This document shows positions 60,263-64,000 of a DNA stretch of 64,000 bases, one piece after another. The notes under the pieces were generated by a model. It was not told the origin of the DNA. It saw only the letters and a list, made by a program, of their open reading frames with translations, and made no database searches. The position numbers were made by a program, and so were the translations under genes. The DNA is from an uncultured delta proteobacterium (lineage in GTDB: Bacteria > Desulfobacterota > Desulfomonilia > Desulfomonilales > Desulfomonilaceae). Positions within the stretch are counted from its first letter, which is position 1; the number at the start of each line of letters is the position of its first letter. The stretch lies in assembly GCA_963789265.1 (NCBI GenBank), contig CAWBKB010000003.1, positions 192,001 through 256,000 on the forward strand, given 5' to 3'.

Positions 60263-62896
60263 TCATGAATATCGCCTTTTCCATTCCGCAAGCCGATTAA
60301 GCGCTTCCAATGGAGTCAGCTTTTCGGGATCGAGCTGCTCCAATTCCTTCATCAACTCGTCACCTCGGTAACCGAAAAGGTCACCCTGCAATGCCCCGCC
60401 TCCGGTCGCTTTCTTGCTGTTGCGCTTACGTGAAATCCTGGGGCGGCCACCCGGATCGATCTCTTCCTTTTCCAGATTTGAAAGTATCTCTCTTGCCCTG
60501 GATATCACCACGTCGGGAATTCCCGCCAGCCTTGCTACCTGGATGCCGTAAGACCGGCTGGAGCCTCCACGGACTATTTTCCTCAGGAAAACGATCCTAT
60601 CCTCCCATTCTCTCACTTCCACGTTATAATTGTGGACTCGTTCCTTGATGAGAGCTATGTCCACCAGTTCGTGATAGTGCGTGGCAAAGAGGGTTCTCGG
60701 ACCTCCGTCGGATCGGTCGTGCAGGTATTCCGTGACTGCCCATGCGATGGAAAGCCCATCAAAAGTGCTCGTCCCTCGGCCGATTTCATCGAGAAGGACC
60801 AGTGAACGCCGGGATGCGCTGTGAAGTATCTCTGCGGTTTCATTCATTTCCACCATGAACGTGGACTGGCCGAAGGCAAGATAATCAGCCGCGCCGATTC
60901 GGGTGAATATTCGATCGACTACTCCCACAGAGGCTTTTTGGGCAGGGACGAAGCTCCCCATTTGCGCCATGAGGACAATGAGGGCAGTCTGGCGCATGTA
61001 AGTAGACTTCCCTGCCATGTTCGGCCCCGTGATGAGGAGGATCTGTTGCGAAGTCCGGTTCAGCAGTGTATCGTTGGGCACATACGATTCCCGCTGCTCG
61101 AATGCTTCCACCACAGGGTGACGTCCCTCTACAATGCTGATTTCATCACCGTCGTGCACCTCGGGCAGCGTGTATTCCTTGGCCGCCGCAACCTCGGCCA
61201 ACGAGAGCAACACATCCAATGTAGCTATAGAAGCCGCGGTGGCTTGAATTCTCGGGATGACTTCCACAAGCTTGTTTCTCAGAAGGTTGAAGATCTCTTC
61301 TTCCAGTTTCAGAATAGTTTCTTGCGCATTCAGCACCTTGAGCTCATATTCTTTTAAATCCTCGGTGATGTATCGCTCAGCATTTACCAATGTCTGCTTG
61401 CGAGTATAGTGAGGGGGTATTTTCTCCTGATGAGACTTGGTGACTTCGATGTAGTAACCGAAAACCTTGTTGTAGCCGACCCTGAGATTCGGAATGCCGG
61501 TCAACTGCCGCTCGCGAGTTTCAATTCCCGCAATCCATTCTTTGCCGCGGTAACTGATCGACCGGAGTTCGTCCAACTCCTCGTGGTACCCTTCTCGGAC
61601 AACGCCTCCATCCTTGAGGGTAGCAGGCGGGGAATCAACTAGGACAGCAGCGATGGCGTGGGCCACATAGGAGAGGTCGTCCATCTGCCGCATTTCGAGC
61701 GCCATTGAAGTGTCCAAACATTGCAACAGATTGATTAACCGCGGTATTTTTTCCGCTGACGTGCGTAATTGAACCAGATCTCGGGGGGTAGCGCTTTTCA
61801 AGGAGATTTTTCCCGCTATGCGTTCCAGATCTCCGATGTCCTTTAAGACGTCTCGGAGTTCCGACCTCAGTATGGTATTTTCCACCAGCCCTTGGACGGT
61901 CTCGCTGCGCCGCCGGATCTCTGTTACGTCCAGCAGAGGATAAGAGATCCAGTGTCGCAATGACCGGCCCCCCATGGAGGTGGCGGTTTTGTCCAGGAGC
62001 CGCAATAGAGTCCCTTCGGTGGTCCCATCCTTGATATTCTTGAATATTTCAAGGTTCCGCAAGGTCGAGCGGTCCAGCACCATATAATTGCCCAGGTTAT
62101 ATACACGCGGAGGCTTAAGGTGTACCGGCACATCCGGCCTTGTCTGCCGCACGTAGTTGATAATGATTCCGGCAGCCAGAGTGAGAGATGAGTTATCGGA
62201 CAGGCCGAAGCCCTCAAGATTCTGCACTCTGTAATGATCGCGAAGCGTCTCCGAACATGCCTGCAGTTCCGACATCCACTCCTCCACAGTGTGGGTGTAG
62301 AACGACCCGTCAAGCATTCGGTTCAAATGGTTTTCCGAAGGCAAGTTGCCGGGAATGAGCACTTCTTTGGGATCCAGGCGGCGTAACTCTTCTGCGGCCA
62401 GTGCAATTTTCGAAGTCTGAGTAACCATGAGATCGCCGGTTGACAGGTCGAACGCAGCCAACCCGATTTCATTGGCCAGAGATGCAAGGGCAACGACGAA
62501 GTGATTCTCATCCTGTTTGAGTGTCCCGGGCTCTTCTGTCAGGCCGGGGGTGAGAACTCTTGTGACTTCACGTCGAACAATCCCTTTTGCCTGTTGAGGA
62601 TCTTCCATCTGGTCACAGACGGCGACTCTCTCACCTGCTGCCAAGAGACGAGATATATATGCCGAAACGGAATGGTGCGGAAACCCGCACATGGGCACTG
62701 ATTCTTCTTTGTTCTTGTCTCTGGTGGTGAGGGCAATGTCGAGAATCCTGGATGCCTTTTTGGCATCCTCGAAGAACATTTCGTAGAAGTCCCCCATTCT
62801 GAAAAGAAGGATAGCATCAGGATGCCGCGCCTTATTCTCTTGGTATTGGCACATCATAGGAGTGAGATTTTGTAATTCCTGCATCTTTTCCCGCAT
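60263..62896 (-). CDS. mutS: DNA mismatch repair protein MutS
   Basis: TPMM.QY, FRMGDFYEMF, GRHPVVE, TGPNMAGKSTY, STFMVEM, DEIGRGT, ATHYHEL, SYGIQVA. Confidence 0.97.
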   Translation of the reverse strand: MREKMQELQNLTPMMCQYQENKARHPDAILLFRMGDFYEMFFEDAKKASRILDIALTTRDKNKEESVPMCGFPHHSVSAYISRLLAAGERVAVCDQMEDPQQAKGIVRREVTRVLTPGLTEEPGTLKQDENHFVVALASLANEIGLAAFDLSTGDLMVTQTSKIALAAEELRRLDPKEVLIPGNLPSENHLNRMLDGSFYTHTVEEWMSELQACSETLRDHYRVQNLEGFGLSDNSSLTLAAGIIINYVRQTRPDVPVHLKPPRVYNLGNYMVLDRSTLRNLEIFKNIKDGTTEGTLLRLLDKTATSMGGRSLRHWISYPLLDVTEIRRRSETVQGLVENTILRSELRDVLKDIGDLERIAGKISLKSATPRDLVQLRTSAEKIPRLINLLQCLDTSMALEMRQMDDLSYVAHAIAAVLVDSPPATLKDGGVVREGYHEELDELRSISYRGKEWIAGIETRERQLTGIPNLRVGYNKVFGYYIEVTKSHQEKIPPHYTRKQTLVNAERYITEDLKEYELKVLNAQETILKLEEEIFNLLRNKLVEVIPRIQATAASIATLDVLLSLAEVAAAKEYTLPEVHDGDEISIVEGRHPVVEAFEQRESYVPNDTLLNRTSQQILLITGPNMAGKSTYMRQTALIVLMAQMGSFVPAQKASVGVVDRIFTRIGAADYLAFGQSTFMVEMNETAEILHSASRRSLVLLDEIGRGTSTFDGLSIAWAVTEYLHDRSDGGPRTLFATHYHELVDIALIKERVHNYNVEVREWEDRIVFLRKIVRGGSSRSYGIQVARLAGIPDVVISRAREILSNLEKEEIDPGGRPRISRKRNSKKATGGGALQGDLFGYRGDELMKELEQLDPEKLTPLEALNRLAEWKRRYS

Positions 62897-62993
62897 GGAT
62901 TCCGTTCCACCGAAGGGAAAGTAAACTAACTTGGTAGACGCTCGTTCACGACCGGAAATTCTTGTCATTGCGAGTTCTGCGTACCGCGGAAAA

Positions 62994-63064
62994 GGGTGCC
63001 ACTGCTGGCTTGTCCAGCAGTGACTGATGGAAGAACACTGCTGGACAAGCCAGCAGTGGCACCC
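62994..63064. repeat. Perfect 29-bp inverted repeat (REPIN-like)
   Basis: GGGTGCCACTGCTGGCTTGTCCAGCAGTG (62994-63022) and its reverse complement (63036-63064). Confidence 0.85.
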
Positions 63065-63212
63065 GGCCCGAAATATGACACAACATTTTAGGAATTGGAG
63101 TACTTGGTCGTTTCACTCCCTTCAATGACAGGGAACCGGAGATTCCCCCGCCTAACTGAATGCTTATCCACCCCGACGTGCTTATTCCATCCTGCGCGAG
63201 CCGCGATTACCG

Positions 63213-64000
63213 TTAGGACCGCCCGATCCCACCTGCATTCTCGAGTAGATGCTTCATCAAGAGGTCCAAAAAAGCTTCGGTCTCCTCTCGCGTGAAGAGA
63301 GACGCTGCCGAGGACAGCACAAAATTCAGCCGGTTGCGGTAAGCATAGACGATCAGGAGAAGGTGTGTGCTGGATAACAACTTGTAACCGAGCCCGTGAA
63401 TTTCTCGGATAGCGAGATCCCCGGCGCTGGTCAGGCACGAATCGGGGGTGGGCTTACCGTTCCTTGACGAAGGCCAAATTACGCCCAACAGCGTGACTGC
63501 AAGGGACAACTGATGCATGTTTGCCAAGAAATTGACAATCCTGCGCCTCACGCGGAAGGGGAAAACGCGGACAACTGACGTCATACGAGAGATATCCTGA
63601 AAAAATCTATAATCCATCTGGTTGCGGAGCTGCTTGATTCTAGCCAAGGCAATGGAGCGAGCGAACGCAGAGATATCCTGTCTGTCGCGCGGTCTGGACT
63701 TGAAGAAGAGAAGCCCGCTATTGTTCACGTCGTCAAAAGCACGATACCTGCTTTTCATGTTAACTGAGATGGCGGTGGTCAACACCCCGGGTGGAACATT
63801 TCGTGCCCGGTTCCATTCGTCCACCACTCTGTTGGCGCAAGCCACGAGCATATCTACAAGTGAAGCACCGCTTCGAGAGGCTGCTCTGTTGATCTCTTCG
63901 GTCTCCTCCGCAGACAATACTTTTTTTATATGATGCTGGCGCGGATCATGGGGTAGGCCGTTGCCGGCAGGCAGGATGGGCCGTTCCATCGGACGCGTCA
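63213..64000 (-). CDS. Condensation-domain / CoA-dependent acyltransferase fold protein, C-terminal part (5' end outside window)
   Basis: Frame is open to the window edge; GASLVDMLVAC, ISVNMKSR and YRNRLNFVL..F..EETEAFLD resemble the C-lobe. Confidence 0.6.
   Translation of the reverse strand, partial: TRPMERPILPAGNGLPHDPRQHHIKKVLSAEETEEINRAASRSGASLVDMLVACANRVVDEWNRARNVPPGVLTTAISVNMKSRYRAFDDVNNSGLLFFKSRPRDRQDISAFARSIALARIKQLRNQMDYRFFQDISRMTSVVRVFPFRVRRRIVNFLANMHQLSLAVTLLGVIWPSSRNGKPTPDSCLTSAGDLAIREIHGLGYKLLSSTHLLLIVYAYRNRLNFVLSSAASLFTREETEAFLDLLMKHLLENAGGIGRS

Overview
This is a 64 kb, GC-rich, mostly core-chromosome segment. Gene content (HcrA-like molybdoenzyme, MglAB, B12 radical SAM, AMIN-PilQ) suggests an anaerobic deltaproteobacterium (Desulfobacterota); this is inference, not a database result. 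Housekeeping genes include lon, ftsK, bioA, bioD, pcm, an nlpD-like gene, serC, serA, purA, proA, pbpC, glnD, xerD and mutS. Notable features: (i) a DUF4388-MglB-MglA-CheW-like-Ser/Thr kinase/cNMP signalling cluster, followed by flavodoxin and VIT/vWA genes; (ii) two small secreted proteins with 15 Cys each, behind near-consensus promoters with IHF boxes; (iii) a 4-hydroxybenzoyl-CoA-reductase-like operon whose FAD subunit lacks the [4Fe-4S] insert, with candidate IclR operators; (iv) an IS1380-family element with a 4-bp TSD splitting hbd; (v) many nested MITE/REP elements; (vi) a PyrD-PyrK fusion and an apparent SerA-PurA fusion. About ten genes carry a single +1 frameshift, most likely sequencing or consensus error. 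I found no tRNA, rRNA or CRISPR array.
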